Shown here: positions 14,874-31,559 of the stretch, piece by piece | Layout of the letters: the number at the start of each line of letters is the position of its first letter | How positions within the stretch are numbered: position 1 is the first letter of the stretch | Assembly: GCA_964016885.1 (NCBI GenBank) | Contig: OZ024741.1 | Span: 106,640,001-106,704,000, forward strand | Direction: 5' to 3' | Length of the DNA: 64,000 bases | DNA from: Eledone cirrhosa | Taxonomy: Eukaryota | Program-made: the position numbers and the translations under genes | The notes under the pieces: model-generated | What the model saw: the letters and a program-made list of their open reading frames with translations, nothing else | Databases searched by the model: none | Told to the model about the DNA's origin: nothing

Positions 14874-14949
14874 AATGAGCAGAGCAAGCAATTATCAAAC
14901 AATCTTTTAAATAAATTAAAAAACGATATAAATATTCACCTGTTCTATT

Positions 14950-15029
14950 GCTGTTACTGACGGTTTCACTAATCAAAAGATTGGAAATCCAGAGAATTTC
15001 CATTGGAAAGAATTAGATCTTCAGACAGC
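14950..15029 (-). ncRNA. Type I hammerhead ribozyme, long stem II
   Basis: Reverse-complement copy of 15171-15250, ending GAAAC CGTCA GTA ACAGC. Confidence 0.75.
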
Positions 15030-15170
15030 TATTTCCATACCATAAGGGTGCAAACCTAATAGTAAGTCAACATTTCGCTTACTGCCCGACGCATGCGGTC
15101 AAGCCGTTGAAGTGACACACACGCAAAATCATGCTTACTATGAGGTTTGCACCCTTATGGTATGGAAATA

Positions 15171-15250
15171 GCTGTCTGAAGATCTAATTTTTTCCATTGA
15201 AAATTCTCTGGATTTCCAATCTTTTGATTAGTGAAACAGTCGGTAACAGC
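15171..15250 (+). ncRNA. Type I hammerhead ribozyme, long stem II
   Basis: GCTGT CTGAAGA T-CTAAT...ATTAG-T GAAAC AGTCG GTA ACAGC. Stem I GCTGT/ACAGC, GUA cleavage triplet. Confidence 0.82.
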
Positions 15251-15428
15251 AATAGAACAGGTGAATATTTAAATCGTTTTTTAATTTATTTAAAAGATTG
15301 TTTGATAATTGCTTGCTCCGCTCATTTTTATAGTTCTGGTATCTCAAATTAGTACCATCGAACCACAACTATTATAAACACTATGCATATTTCTGTGGGT
15401 ACCTAGCGCCTGTTGGAATATCCATACC

Positions 15429-16104
<676 letters not shown>

Positions 16105-16195
16105 ACAGACTCCCAATCTTACCACGACTTCACCTCCTCCCATCCAACGCACACCAAACACTCCATACTCTATTCCCAATTGCTCCGTCTTCGTC

Positions 16196-16340
<145 letters not shown>

Positions 16341-16521
16341 CATACACCCACTTACATCTCTATATATACATCTATATATATACGTACACCCACTTACATC
16401 TCTCTCTCCACCACCGGATCTTGTTACCCGGAGATTTACCCATCTGCATTGTCGAGGCTTCCAAACCACTTAAAGAAATTGACCTTATTATTCCACAATG
16501 CTTAGCAAACTTCAATACTCT

Positions 16522-16594
<73 letters not shown>

Positions 16595-16762
16595 ATATAT
16601 AGTAATAATAATAAATTTGAAGACTAAAATCCCAAAGGGCTCGAAGTTTCAGTAGATCCCGTTAAGGGTGAAAGCAACGATTCTTTGCTTAAACTTTAAT
16701 CTGTTATTTTAATATATATATATATATATATTTATTAAAATAACAGATTAAAGTTTAAGCAA

Positions 16763-16834
<72 letters not shown>

Positions 16835-16928
16835 ATATATACGATATTAACAAATGGAAACTATATTTATAAAACCATATTTATTTCATTATACATATTT
16901 CAAGGACACCAAGTTATAAGTAAATATT

Positions 16929-16968
<40 letters not shown>

Positions 16969-17562
16969 TCTGTCTGAGTTCAAATTTCACCGCAGTCAAA
17001 TTTATTCTTCATCTTAATGGGATCGATAAAATATATTAGCCAAGGATCGGTGAATGTGCGGAATGTGCGGAATTATTTCTGGTCTGTGTATTCTGATTTC
17101 AAATTCCACCTTCTTCCATATTGTATAGAAACATTTTCTTGTTGGTATGTAAAAACATCATATTGGTCTGTTCCTTTGTATAGCATTTGAAACATAACGT
17201 TATTGCATAAGATGGTGTCTGATGATATAGCGTTTTTGGTTGTGTGAACGTAGCATCACGTAGCATTTGATCGCCATTGAAATATGAATCACAGCTCGAA
17301 CATTTACATTTTGAACATTTACATCGGACCTGCGCAAGTATCCCTTATTGTACGCTTCATATATATTTATAAATCTCTATTCGAAGGAGAGAAAGAGCAT
17401 AAGAGAAAGTTTCTAAAGTTAACAGTGAAGATTAGACATGATGAGCATATGCTTATGTATTCTAGCAAAGACGGTCATGTGATACAAATATTTATTGAAC
17501 ATAAATAACTTATTTGCATATCACATATATTGGCATGCGACTGTAAGAAAAAAGTGTATTTA

Positions 17563-17613
<51 letters not shown>

Positions 17614-17634
17614 ATGTATGTATATATATGTATG

Positions 17635-17707
<73 letters not shown>

Positions 17708-17801
17708 GTATAGGATATGTGTAAATATATATTATATATATACATATAAATATATAAATATAAATATTACACATATATGTGTATGTTCGTATGTTATAGA
17801 C

Positions 17802-17913
<112 letters not shown>

Positions 17914-18148
17914 ACCGGGTTTTTATATTCATGTCTTGTACAACATAGACACAAACAAATATTTCTAAAAACAAAACAGAAAAAAAATTGGAAAGAAGAT
18001 AAAAACCTTTCTTAGCCGTTTCATTTATACCATAATAAATATATACATACAATTACACTCATAAACACACACACACGCTCATATCTGTTTGCATATATAT
18101 ATATATATATATATTTACTAATATATATATATACATACACACATATAA

Positions 18149-18183
<35 letters not shown>

Positions 18184-18269
18184 CATATACATACACACAT
18201 ATAAATATATGAATATATTAACATTTTATATCGATATATTATATTGTATATATATTGTATAAATCACAT

Positions 18270-18301
<32 letters not shown>

Positions 18302-18337
18302 TGTGTGTCTGTGTATGTGCGTGCATATGTGTGTGTG

Positions 18338-18420
<83 letters not shown>

Positions 18421-18902
18421 CGAGAGAGAGAGAGAGAAGCATTTGCTTTTCTCTTTTGATCTCTAGAGTTTACTGACGTTTGTGAAAGTATTTATCGAGT
18501 ATTTTCGTATATTCAACTCATTTTCATAAATTTCTGTTTTCATAATATTAAAAGCCGAGACTCGCATAGATATTTCTTCATATATTCACTAGTGTAGTTT
18601 TTTGTCCATTTCTTATACAGATTTACTTCTTAATCAGTTTCATTATAGTTTATCAATAGTGTGCTGTTCTATGAAGCAAGGCATGCATTGTTTATGCCAT
18701 AAGAAATATTTATATATACACATTGTATTTTCTTAACCTGGAACTCTTGGTGGTGTCTTAACGGCGCCATAGTGACATGCAGCGTCAGATATGTGGTTTT
18801 AAAGTAAAGGTTTAGAACCCCGCATTAATTTCTGATCAACCTGATATGTATTTATATATATATATACACCATGTATTGGTTATATTAAACCTGGTGCAGC
18901 CA

Positions 18903-19290
18903 ATAGTTTAAGCTCTATGTTGATGTGTTGTTTAAGCTCTATGTTGATGTGTAGTTTAAGCTCTGTTTTGACGTGTAATTGAAGCTCTGTTTTTAGGTGT
19001 GGTTTAAGATCAGTTTTGACGTGTAGTTTAAGCTCTGATTTGGTGTGTAGTTTAAGCTCTGATTTGATATGTAGTTAAAGCTCTGATTTGATATGTATTT
19101 TAAGCTCTGATTTGAGGCATTGTGTAAGCTCTGCTTTGATGTGTGGAATAAGCTCTATTGTTGATGTTTACGTTAATCTCTGTTCTTGAAGTGTAGCTTA
19201 AACTCTATTTCCACGTGTAGTTTGAACTCGATTGTGATGCATGGTTTAATGTATATTGTTGATGTGTAGTTTAATCTCTGTTTAAATGTG
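18903..19290. repeat. ~22-bp minisatellite (GTGTAGTTTAAGCTCTGWTTTGA-like)
   Basis: Repeated TTTAAGCTCT core, diverging towards the right. Confidence 0.85.
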
Positions 19291-19661
19291 TGGCTTGCAT
19301 ATAGGACAGGCTTGACGGGCTGTAATTAATTAGCGTAATTCAGAAAAGGGTCGAATAGTAAACATCTCCACGCTCTTGGGTTTGTTGGTGGTATAGGATG
19401 TTATGCTTTTTGCATAGGAGTAGCCAATTTTCAGTGTATGACAGTTAAACATTTGCCCATACTTATCGCCTACAGTAAAATGTTTATCTATAACGGCTAA
19501 AAAACGTTTTTCTTACGTTGGTCTTAACATTAAGGGAGAACGGGGTGAAAACCAAACGATTGCTTTATTTCTGTTTGTGTGTGTCTGTGTATGTGTGTGT
19601 GTATAAATGTATATATGTATATATGTATATAGGAAGATATGTATGCTTGCATGTATGTATG

Positions 19662-19695
<34 letters not shown>

Positions 19696-19729
19696 TGTAT
19701 GTATGTATGTATGTATGTATGTATGTATG

Positions 19730-19763
<34 letters not shown>

Positions 19764-20540
19764 TGTATGTATGTATGTATGTATGTATGTATGTACGTAT
19801 GTATGTATGTACGTATGTATGTATGTATATATAGGTATGTATATGTATCCGCATGAATGTTTCTATGCATATATCTCTATATATTTGTATATACACAAAC
19901 ACAGCTGAGTGCCAGTGTCAACTGACAGTGGCGATATTCGAAAAATATATTGCCTTGTTCATAATTGATTTCCGATTCTATCATTATATTAACGTTATAA
20001 TACTCTCAATTATGTACAATTACTCTTTCATTTACCTTTACTCATCAATCTATTATCCACTTTTACTATCAATGATTCATCTATATATTCACTTAGCCAT
20101 TTATGCGATTCAGTCCTGGCCAATACGATGTGTTGAAAGCTTAAATTGGCCAATATCTTCAAGCCTTCGTTCTTCCATTCTTGCTTTTACCTTTATTTTT
20201 CCTCCTTCGCGTTGTATGCGTTGGCATTTACACAAATGGCATCAACTTAAGTGGCATGTGGATGATGTCGTGTAATGAAAAGAACCAAATTGTGCGCGTG
20301 TGTGATTGTGTGTGTGTGTGCGCGCGTGTATGTGAGTGTGTTTGAGTGTGTGTGTGTGGGTGTGTGTGTATCTGTGTGAGGTGTTCATCTTTCGTTCATA
20401 AGTATTTTTATACTGCTTACGTCTTTAAATACCTTTTAGCATTGCATACATACACACTCCACCCCATATATATGTAGACACACACACAAATACAAACCCA
20501 CACGCACACACACACACAAACACACATACATACACACGCG

Positions 20541-20680
<140 letters not shown>

Positions 20681-20972
20681 ATGCCCAGATATTTCTACAA
20701 CCACTTCACAATGTAATATCATTTAGATTGTATATAAAATCAAATTTTATTAAACTCTGCCGCTTCAAAACTTTAGTAATCACTTTAGCAGCATAAATAT
20801 TCATTTTGTTTCTTTTCAGAAAAAAAAAAAATAATGGCCATAATAGTAATAATAATAATAAATATAATATTAATAGTATCAGTAATAGTGTCAAATATTA
20901 CAATGAGTTTTATGGATAACAAAAATTTATTCAATTTAAAATTGAAAGAACAGAATAGATAAAATATATATT

Positions 20973-21004
<32 letters not shown>

Positions 21005-21323
21005 TGTATGTATGTATGTATGTATGTATGTATGTATGTATGTATGTATGTATGTATGTATGTATGTATGTCTGCATGTATGTATGAATGTATGTATGTT
21101 CTTCTGGTTTTATAATTTCACAAATATGTATGAATGTATGTAGGTTTGTAGGTTTGTATGTATGTATGGATGTATGTATGGATGGATGTATGGATGTATG
21201 TATGTATGTATGTATGTATGTATGTATGTATTATGTATGTATGTATCTATGCATTTAAGTACATATATATATATATATATATATAAATATATATTTATAT
21301 ATGTATATAGTTATATCGATATA

Positions 21324-21383
<60 letters not shown>

Positions 21384-21411
21384 CATACATATATATATGT
21401 ATGTATATATA

Positions 21412-21463
<52 letters not shown>

Positions 21464-21495
21464 CATACATATGTATATGTGTATGTATATATGTG

Positions 21496-21529
<34 letters not shown>

Positions 21530-21544
21530 GATGTATATATATAC

Positions 21545-21577
<33 letters not shown>

Positions 21578-21607
21578 CATACATATATATATATATGTAT
21601 GTATATA

Positions 21608-21645
<38 letters not shown>

Positions 21646-21788
21646 TATATACATATTTATGTATATATACATATATATGAATACAACGCACACGCATCCA
21701 CTCACACACACATGTATAATAATATAATATTTATAAGACGTATGTGAAATTTGTACCTGGTCGCGGCAAATATACACGGTTACACATG

Positions 21789-21824
<36 letters not shown>

Positions 21825-21827
<3 letters not shown>

Positions 21828-23384
21828 AAGGAATACGAAAGTCTCACAGGAGCGAAGCTGAACCGGGACAAGTCCATCGGTTTGCAACTCGGATCGTGGA
21901 GAGGCAGACCGATGCCTTCCGATGGCGTCGTCGGACGCTGGACGGAAGGACCGGTAAAGCTGCTCGGGGTCTGGTTTGGTCCGGACCTCCAGGTGGAGAA
22001 GAACTGGAACGAAGTGACGGCCAAGGTGTTTGCACTCACCCAGAAGTGGGCCGAGTGCAAACTATCCTTGAAAGGTCGAGCGGAGGTGGCGAACACTTTT
22101 ATAGCGTCCGCCATCTACTACCGCTTGACCGTCGTGCCTTGTCCAGCCAAAACGCTCGCCAAAATGGAGCGCGCCCTCTTCCGATTCCTTTGGAAGAGGC
22201 GGGCTCCTTTGGTAAGAAGATCCATCTGCTGCCAACACCCTTCTAACGGAGGGCTGGGGATGCCGTGGTTGACGATGCGCAAACACGCGCTCAGGCTGCG
22301 GCATCTCTACGTATTCCTCACCGGACAACCGGTGTGGGCCCCGTTCGTGAGGCGAGCCTTCCCACGACTCGTCTCGCTGACCGAGCTGCAGTCCTGGGTC
22401 AAGCAGAGACCGAGGAAAATGGGCGACTGGCACATCGAATGTGCTCAGGCGCTCACAGCCCTCTGGCAGGCGGACCCAGCGATCAGTGGAGACTCCACTT
22501 CGTCATTCTATAGAGGGTTGGTCCGCAGCAAGTGCGACGACGCGCTCGGTGAAACTCTGGGCGTGGAGGAAGATGAACTGGCCAGTCTGTTCGGTAGGAC
22601 CTTCCGCCCGGGACCGATGGACAACTTCCAAAAGTCCCTGGCCTGGCAGTGCTACCGAGGAGCTCTACCAGTTCGAGACAAGCTCTACAGACATGGGCGC
22701 CCGGGCAGGGACCCTGCAAAAAAGATCTGTCCGAGGTGCGTGCGAGACGAAGAAACCGTCGCGCACGCATTCATACACTGCCCGGGCGTCACTGACCTGT
22801 GGGGCTATGTAGAACGACTATTGTCGCGGGTGGGACCAATCCAGTTGACCACCGAGTCCATTGTCATGATCAAACCGCCACCCTCCTTCAAAAACGAAGG
22901 AGAGGCGGTTTTCCTTTGTGTGATAGCTATGGCGAAAGAGGTTGTATGGTGGACAAGGTTGAAAGGGCTGAGGTCAGACACCTTTCTCTCCGGCCAACAA
23001 CTGATTCTTTTTTTCAAATACCACTTTGGAAGAAGAATCAGGATGGAGAGAGAGGTGCTGTACCCCAGCAAGTTTTATGAAAGGTGGGTGAAAGTGGCGA
23101 GAATGGCCCGAGTGAATGGGCCTTCTCTCTATATCAGCCTGTAGGTTGAGGAAAAGGAGGAGGAGAGGAAAGGAGTACAAGCTCTTCGTACTCCTGGAGA
23201 TGAGGGTTGCACATTTTTTTCGGGGGTCTGTGTTACCCATATAAACTGTCTCCCTCTATTGGGGAAAATCGACTAACTTTTAAATTCCATCTGTGATAAC
23301 ATTTTACACGTTTTTATTGTATGTAAACTTCCCCCCTTTGTATTTGTCCCCTTCTTTTGTGCCCCTGTGGCTAATAAAGAAATA
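21825..23384 (+). mobile_element. Tx1/L1-clade LINE, 5'-truncated (RT thumb, zf-RVT, CCHC finger, 3' UTR), tandem copy 1
   Basis: Open frame to 23144 with SLKGRAEVAN, GGLGMP and CPRC-X8-H-X4-C motifs. AATAAA at 23373. Flanked by (CTAT)n on both sides. Confidence 0.93.
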
Positions 23385-23399
23385 TATCTATCTATCTAT

Positions 23400-24958
23400 C
23401 TAAAGGAATACGAAAGTCTCACAGGAGCGAAGCTGAACCGGGACAAGTCCATCGGTTTGCAACTCGGATCGTGGAGAGGCAGACCGATGCCTTCCGATGG
23501 CGTCGTCGGACGCTGGACGGAAGGACCGGTAAAGCTGCTCGGGGTCTGGTTTGGTCCGGACCTCCAGGTGGAGAAGAACTGGAACGAAGTGACGGCCAAG
23601 GTGTTTGCACTCACCCAGAAGTGGGCCGAGTGCAAACTATCCTTGAAAGGTCGAGCGGAGGTGGCGAACACTTTTATAGCGTCCGCCATCTACTACCGCT
23701 TGACCGTCGTGCCTTGTCCAGCCAAAACGCTCGCCAAAATGGAGCGCGCCCTCTTCCGATTCCTTTGGAAGAGGCGGGCTCCTTTGGTAAGAAGATCCAT
23801 CTGCTGCCAACACCCTTCTAACGGAGGGCTGGGGATGCCGTGGTTGACGATGCGCAAACACGCGCTCAGGCTGCGGCATCTCTACGTATTCCTCACCGGA
23901 CAACCGGTGTGGGCCCCGTTCGTGAGGCGAGCCTTCCCACGACTCGTCTCGCTGACCGAGCTGCAGTCCTGGGTCAAGCAGAGACCGAGGAAAATGGGCG
24001 ACTGGCACATCGAATGTGCTCAGGCGCTCACAGCCCTCTGGCAGGCGGACCCAGCGATCAGTGGAGACTCCACTTCGTCATTCTATAGAGGGTTGGTCCG
24101 CAGCAAGTGCGACGACGCGCTCGGTGAAACTCTGGGCGTGGAGGAAGATGAACTGGCCAGTCTGTTCGGTAGGACCTTCCGCCCGGGACCGATGGACAAC
24201 TTCCAAAAGTCCCTGGCCTGGCAGTGCTACCGAGGAGCTCTACCAGTTCGAGACAAGCTCTACAGACATGGGCGCCCGGGCAGGGACCCTGCAAAAAAGA
24301 TCTGTCCGAGGTGCGTGCGAGACGAAGAAACCGTCGCGCACGCATTCATACACTGCCCGGGCGTCACTGACCTGTGGGGCTATGTGGAACGACTATTGTC
24401 GCGGGTGGGACCAATCCAGTTGACCACCGAGTCCATTGTCATGATCAAACCGCCACCCTCCTTCAAAAACGAAGGAGAGGCGGTTTTCCTTTGTGTGATA
24501 GCTATGGCGAAAGAGGTTGTATGGTGGACAAGGTTGAAAGGGCTGAGGTCAGACACCTTTCTCTCCGGCCAACAACTGATTCTTTTTTTCAAATACCACT
24601 TTGGAAGAAGAATCAGGATGGAGAGAGAGGTGCTGTACCCCAGCAAGTTTTATGAAAGGTGGGTGAAAGTGGCGAGAATGGCCCGGGTGAATGGGCCTTC
24701 TCTCTATATCAGCCTGTAGGTTGAGGAAAAGGAGGAGGAGAGGAAAGGAGTACAAGCTCTTCGTACTCCTGGAGATGAGGGTTGCACATTTTTTTCGGGG
24801 GTCTGTGTTACCCATATAAACTGTCTCCCTCTATTGGGGAAAATCGACTAACTTTTAAATTCCATCTGTGATAACATTTTACACGTTTTTATTGTATGTA
24901 AACTTCCCCCTTTGTATTTGTCCCCTTCTTTTGTGCCCCTGTGGCTAATAAAGAAATA
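23400..24958 (+). mobile_element. Tx1/L1-clade LINE, tandem copy 2 (near-identical to copy 1)
   Basis: Same 5' truncation point, open frame to 24719, followed by (TATC)n. Confidence 0.93.
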
Positions 24959-24978
24959 TATCTATCTATCTATCTATA

Positions 24979-25041
<63 letters not shown>

Positions 25042-25371
25042 ACACACATACACATATATTATGTGTGTGTGAGTGGGTATATGTCAGATTTGTCAAACCG
25101 GTAGAATTGTCCAAATTTTCTATAATAAAAATTCTTTCAACACCAGATTGAAACGTAAGACAAGAATTCCATAAAACTAACAACCATGTAGTTGGTTCAG
25201 TTTGAAAAAGAAATTTCATTCCAAACAATATATTTAGAATTTGAAGAAAAAAAACAACCCCAAAAACAACAAAAAAACAATCAAAAACAAAACGAGAAAG
25301 AAAGCGTTATTTGTAGAATACCAATTTCAAATTAACAGCGTATCGAATCTCAATTTCACTTTTTAGACACA

Positions 25372-25471
<100 letters not shown>

Positions 25472-25499
25472 CAGTCATATAAGCACAAACATGCATACA

Positions 25500-25654
<155 letters not shown>

Positions 25655-25908
25655 GCATGTATGTGTGGAGATCTTGTTTGCAGAGGAGCACGTACATTTT
25701 TGTGTATATGTGTCTATGTAAGAGCTCTGTATTTGTATGCATGTTTGTGCCTATATGTATATAAATATATATGTATATATATATATATATATTCAACCCA
25801 TAAAATATTTAATAAACTCCTCCAACTCAATATTCTATCACCTATTATTAAGCTACCATACGCACTTCTCACATGTTCACACACATACACAAACAAACAA
25901 ACAAACAA

Positions 25909-26006
<98 letters not shown>

Positions 26007-26802
26007 CTATATATCTTTTATATATATACAATTAAAATAACACCCCCCTCTCTCTCTATATATATATACATAAAATGTTTTGAACATAGTTTTGATTATT
26101 CTGTAATTTATATATTATTATTGTATATATATACCGATACTTTACGAACAAATTTGGCAGGTTTGAAATTTATTGCATTTTATTATGAAAAGCTGCTACA
26201 ATTCATAGAATGACTCTGGAATAGTCTGCTTGAAACGGTAAAAAGTTGGACAGTGATGCCTGCGAGAATGGAACCACACATTTACCATATGCTTGATGTC
26301 TACCATAATCTTTACGCCAAAGTGAACAGAGCAACTCGGTACCATTAAAAGGAATATCTTAACAATGGACTAGAAATATGAAATCGATAGGTTTACGAAG
26401 AATTTGAGCAAGTTTGAAAATTTGGACTGTATTTGCAATAAAGTAGTTGAACAATTCAGGTAAATTTCTCTTGGACACGGAAAAAAGTGTCCAAAAACAT
26501 CTGAGGGAGGCCAAGCAACGACCCCGTTTATTTAAATGAATTTTCTCATGGGCCTTGTGGCCTCAGGTGTCAGTGGTTCACAGGCTGGGGACCACTTTTG
26601 TAGTGTGTTGGTGAGCGAAGTTTTGACATTTAACCTGATGGCCATTATTTTAGGAGAGGATAGGCCGTTTAGGATACTTTTTGTGTAGTATGGGTTATAA
26701 TAGTGGTGGTGTTAATAGCAGTGGTAGTAGTAGTTGTAGCTGCAGCAGCAGCAACAGTAGTAGTAGTAATAGTAATAGTAGTAGTAGAGACATTATTATT
26801 AT

Positions 26803-28455
26803 GTGGTGAGAGTGAAGGATCGCCTTTTGGAACCGTTCAACATCATGCGCTCGGTTCACCAATGTTATCCCCTCTCGTCCCTGTTGTATGTATTGCCTCT
26901 AGAGTCATTACGGCACAAACTGGGGACGTTAAGCGGCATCCTGCCCGAACTAGGATAAGGGAAAACCGTGTCAGCTTAAGTCAACGACATCAACCTAGTG
27001 GTGTCGAGCGCCAAACACATCGAGGCGATCGGCACTGTTCTGAAAGAATACGAGGCGGCGACAGGAGCAAAGATTAACAAGGAAACGTCGGTGGGTCTGC
27101 GGCTCGGTACTTTGAGAGGCGTGTCCATGCCGTCCAACAGCGTTGTCGGGTGCTGGACGGAGGGACAAGTTAAATTTCTTAGGGTCTGGTTTGGTCAGGG
27201 TCTCCAGATGGACAAAACTGGGATGAGGTGACGAGCAGGGTGGCCACTGTCACCCGAAAATAGGCCGGGGGTATCTATCCTTGAAAGGTCGGGCGGAGGT
27301 GGCGAACGCGTACATCGCGTCCATCATCTACTACCGCTTTACCGTCCTGCCTCGTCACCGGAGCGATTGCTCCTTCGCATTTTGTGAAAGAGACGCGCTC
27401 CGAAGGTCAGGCGGTCCATCTGCTGTCAACAACCACTGCGTGGAGGACTGGACATGCTATGGCTGATGTTGCGTAGACATGCGCTGAGGCTACGACATCT
27501 CCAGATTTTCCTCGATGGTGAACAGGTGTGGTCGCCTTTCGCTTGGAACGCCCCCCCCCCCAAATCGACTCTTTGACGGACTGCAATCCTGGATCAAGCA
27601 GAGAAAGAGAGGGAGCACTTGGAAACTGGAATGTATCCAAGCACTCACAGTCATTTGCCAATCGGGTACTGCGATCGGTGGAAACTCCACCTTAGCGTTA
27701 TATAGAGGTTTAGTAATGAGCAAAAGTGACGGGGAAATTCTGGCCGTATCCACTCTACGGTCATGGCCTGGCAGTGCTACTGAGGACCGTTGTCTGTTGG
27801 AGATAAACTTTACAGGCATGGAAGTGCCGTCAAAACGGCCTCTCCGAGATATGCGCGGAGTGACGAGACTGTCCTGCACGCACACGTCCAGTGTCCGAGT
27901 ATCGCTGAGTCGTGGGTTTATGTCGAACATCTGTTGTCACATGTAGAACGGATCCGTCTATCATTTGAGTCCATCATGAAGATCTTCCCACCACCCTCCT
28001 TTAACCAGGAAGGGAAGGTTGTTTTTATCTGCCTGGTGGACATGATGAAAGCATTCGCGTTGTGGACACGTCTGAAAGGGTTGAAGACGGGCACTTTCCT
28101 TTTCGTTGACACTCTCATTGACTTTTTTAGGTTCCACCTCAAAAGGAAAATCAAAGGGGAGAAGGAAGTGATGCCTTCAAAGCAATTCGTTGAAAGGTGT
28201 GTGAGAGAGGCGAGAATGGCCCGTGTGAATAGGCCTTCCCTGAGCGTGTGCCTGTAGTACTGGACGAGGACAACTGGGAGATGGCGCTTGCCTAGCAGTC
28301 AGGGTGAACGTGGCTTTTTGTGGACTTTTACCACGAGGAACTCACCGTGGTCTTTTTTTTGCTTTTGTTTTAATTTTAAGTTTTTTTCTTGTTATCGTTT
28401 CTTGTGCTGTCCTTAATGTATTTTTTGTAAACCCTTTGTAGTTAATAAATAAATC
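26803..28455 (+). mobile_element. Older degenerate Tx1-like LINE fragment with frameshifts and an internal deletion
   Basis: Fragments LKEYEAATGAKINKE, LKGRAEVANAYIASIIYYR, DKLYRHG, ARMARVNRPSLSVCL*. (ATT)n at both ends. Confidence 0.88.
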
Positions 28456-28979
28456 ATTATTATTATTGGCAGTATCGGTACAACGTCAGACAATATGCAT
28501 TGCGGCATAGAATTACTGCCACCCACATAGAGAATTTCTACAGGGCTGTGTGTCCTAATAGTTGAAGCAATTTGAAAGTTTAACTGTACAATGTTAAGGA
28601 TGAGAGTGGGTTATAGCCTCCCGTACGATATCACTTAATGCTGCATAAGAACAGTACACAATCTCATTTCTCTTTGGCATCTATCGAAAAAAAAAAAAAA
28701 AAGAAAAGAAAAATCAATATTTGTTCCATTCTCCGGATTTTACTTTAGAAATCCTTTTATACAGTGACAGAAATGTTCCTTTAAAATGATCCATTGGCAT
28801 TCATTAGAGCCCCAGCCATTCTATAGTGGAACCAATTGTACAACAATGAACATTCTGGAAACTAAAAAAAGAAACAAGAGGTTAAAAAGGAAAAAAAAAA
28901 AAAATTAAACTAATCGAAAGAGAAAATAGAGAGAGAGAGAGGACCAGAGAAGAAATAGTGGACGAAAGTGAGAAAGTGA

Positions 28980-29023
<44 letters not shown>

Positions 29024-29078
29024 GAGAGAGTGAGAGAAAGAGAGAGGAAGAGAGAGAGTTTATACACACACACACACA

Positions 29079-29118
<40 letters not shown>

Positions 29119-29208
29119 GGCAGAGAAGAAGAGATAGAAGAAATGAAAGAGAGAAAGAGAGAAAGAAAGAAAGAAAGAGAAAGAGAGGGAGAGAGAGGGT
29201 GAGAGAGG

Positions 29209-29277
<69 letters not shown>

Positions 29278-29556
29278 ACAGTAGAAAATTAAAGAGACGA
29301 AAGAGAGACATAACGCAGTAAAGGAGTGATACAAGAAAGAGATGAAGCTAAAAGTTCTGCAAAAAGCATCACGGCTTCCAATTTTATGAATACCGTTTTC
29401 TCCTACTCCATATTGAGCTACTCTACAAGAACTCAGCACATTCTCTAACCAAATTCTTCCCATTATTTAAACTCTCCTTCAATATCCGCTCCACCTCCTC
29501 TCAATATTTTCTTCATTCTTAACAAACGCACACACATACAGACACACATACATGTT

Positions 29557-29618
<62 letters not shown>

Positions 29619-29633
29619 ATATATATGAATATG

Positions 29634-29707
<74 letters not shown>

Positions 29708-29725
29708 AATGTATATATATATATA

Positions 29726-29772
<47 letters not shown>

Positions 29773-29785
29773 GATATATATATGA

Positions 29786-29919
<134 letters not shown>

Positions 29920-29930
29920 ATATATATATA

Positions 29931-29965
<35 letters not shown>

Positions 29966-31559
29966 GTCTTTCAAATTTGATGTTCATGTCGAAAAGATTT
30001 CTTTTCTTCGAATGTGATTGACGGGCGAACGCATGGAAAGGCACACCTTGTAACACATACAGCCCCTCTTTCCTCTTTACCTGTGGAAGCAGCCACAGAA
30101 ACATCACCAACTTCCCACACCTATTCACCACCAGTACCACCACCACTAAAAACAATAACATCATCAACAACAACAATAACAAGTTAAGCAACTAGCAAGA
30201 TATCATCAATAACAACGACGAAAAGAAAATTCATCAACAGCCACAAGACCCACTACTATCATCGTCATCATCATCATCATCATCGTCATCATCATCAACA
30301 GCAACAAAACCAACAACAGCAGCAACAAAAAGAACAATAACAGCAGCAACAACAAGAACAACAATAATAACAACAAATACATCATCAACCAATAAAAACC
30401 TCCTTATTTCAACACGTAAATAGCTCTCCATCTTTTGAAAGCAATGCCCTAATTAAATCCAACGGACGACTGCTCTTTGCTAATGAAATCAATTCATATG
30501 CCAAAGAGAGCAGCTATTACTGCTATAACACGGCAATGGCTGCCTGCTTGTCTTCAACGTAATTCAATTTTCAACCAATCAAAACACAGAAGTAACCTCT
30601 TAAAGTCAAACATACAACAAAAACAAATAAACAACAAACAACAACAAATGTATAGAAATAACTGAATAAAATAATTACGAATTAAAAGGAAATGAAGACA
30701 ACAAAATGGAGAAGACAACAAAATGGAGAAGACAACAAAATGGAGAAGACAACAAAATAATATTAAGAAATTATATGCTGAAGAAAAATACCAAAATACA
30801 TATCAGTAAGAGCTAAATGTAAAAGGAACCTCCCAAAATGTATACATGCACAAACGCACACATACACATACATACACATATTACACTCACGCATGCACAC
30901 ATACACACTCACGCATACACACATACACACATAATTACAGGCGTGTACACACAAATACGCACACACACATGCACGCATTCATACATCCACATACGCATAC
31001 ACTCACACATATACACGCACACACATATATGCGAGCGCGCACGCAACACACATGCACGTGCACACTTATATAGAATGATAGAAGGGTAAATGGACTTTCG
31101 TCAATATCTCTGTTGAGAGTCCCAGTTATTTGGTCAACGGAAATGGCCTATACGTTAAATTAACATATAAGTGGTTGAATATTCTACAGACATTCGTACT
31201 CTGAACGTGATTGTCAGGGAGATTCACCATGATACAGAGCGTAACAAGACTCACCCTCTCAAGCACATGTACCGTCCATCTGAAGGGGTTTTTAAACAGT
31301 TTCCGTCTATCCAATTTCACCTACAATGTACGGGTCAACTAGTTATGTTACTAATTTAACATTTAGAAGTGACAATAACATAGCGTGGGTCATGATAGGG
31401 GTATATGTATGTATGGCCCCGTAACTCCTGATAGAGCCGTATTGACATACGGCGTTTATTGGGCATTTTAAGCCTGGCGGAGCCCATCCCTCTCCAGGCC
31501 TGAGTACAGCAGATTTCTTCCAGAGAAAGTAGATATTGAGGGAGAGGAAAGATAGAAAG

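Larger units (their letters stand above)
14873..15327. mobile_element. Inverted pair of ~194-bp pseudo-LTR-like arms, each with a complete HHR
   Basis: Arms 14873-15066 and 15134-15327 with a 67-bp spacer, flanked by (TA)n. Confidence 0.85.

Noticed and set aside
21744-21824. N-terminal extension of the 466-aa ORF
   Set aside because: Read-through of flank and (CTAT)n into a 5'-truncated LINE. The same applies to the starts at 23367 and 44457.
26150-26530. Possible hAT transposase C-terminal remnant
   Set aside because: Similarity too faint to support by eye
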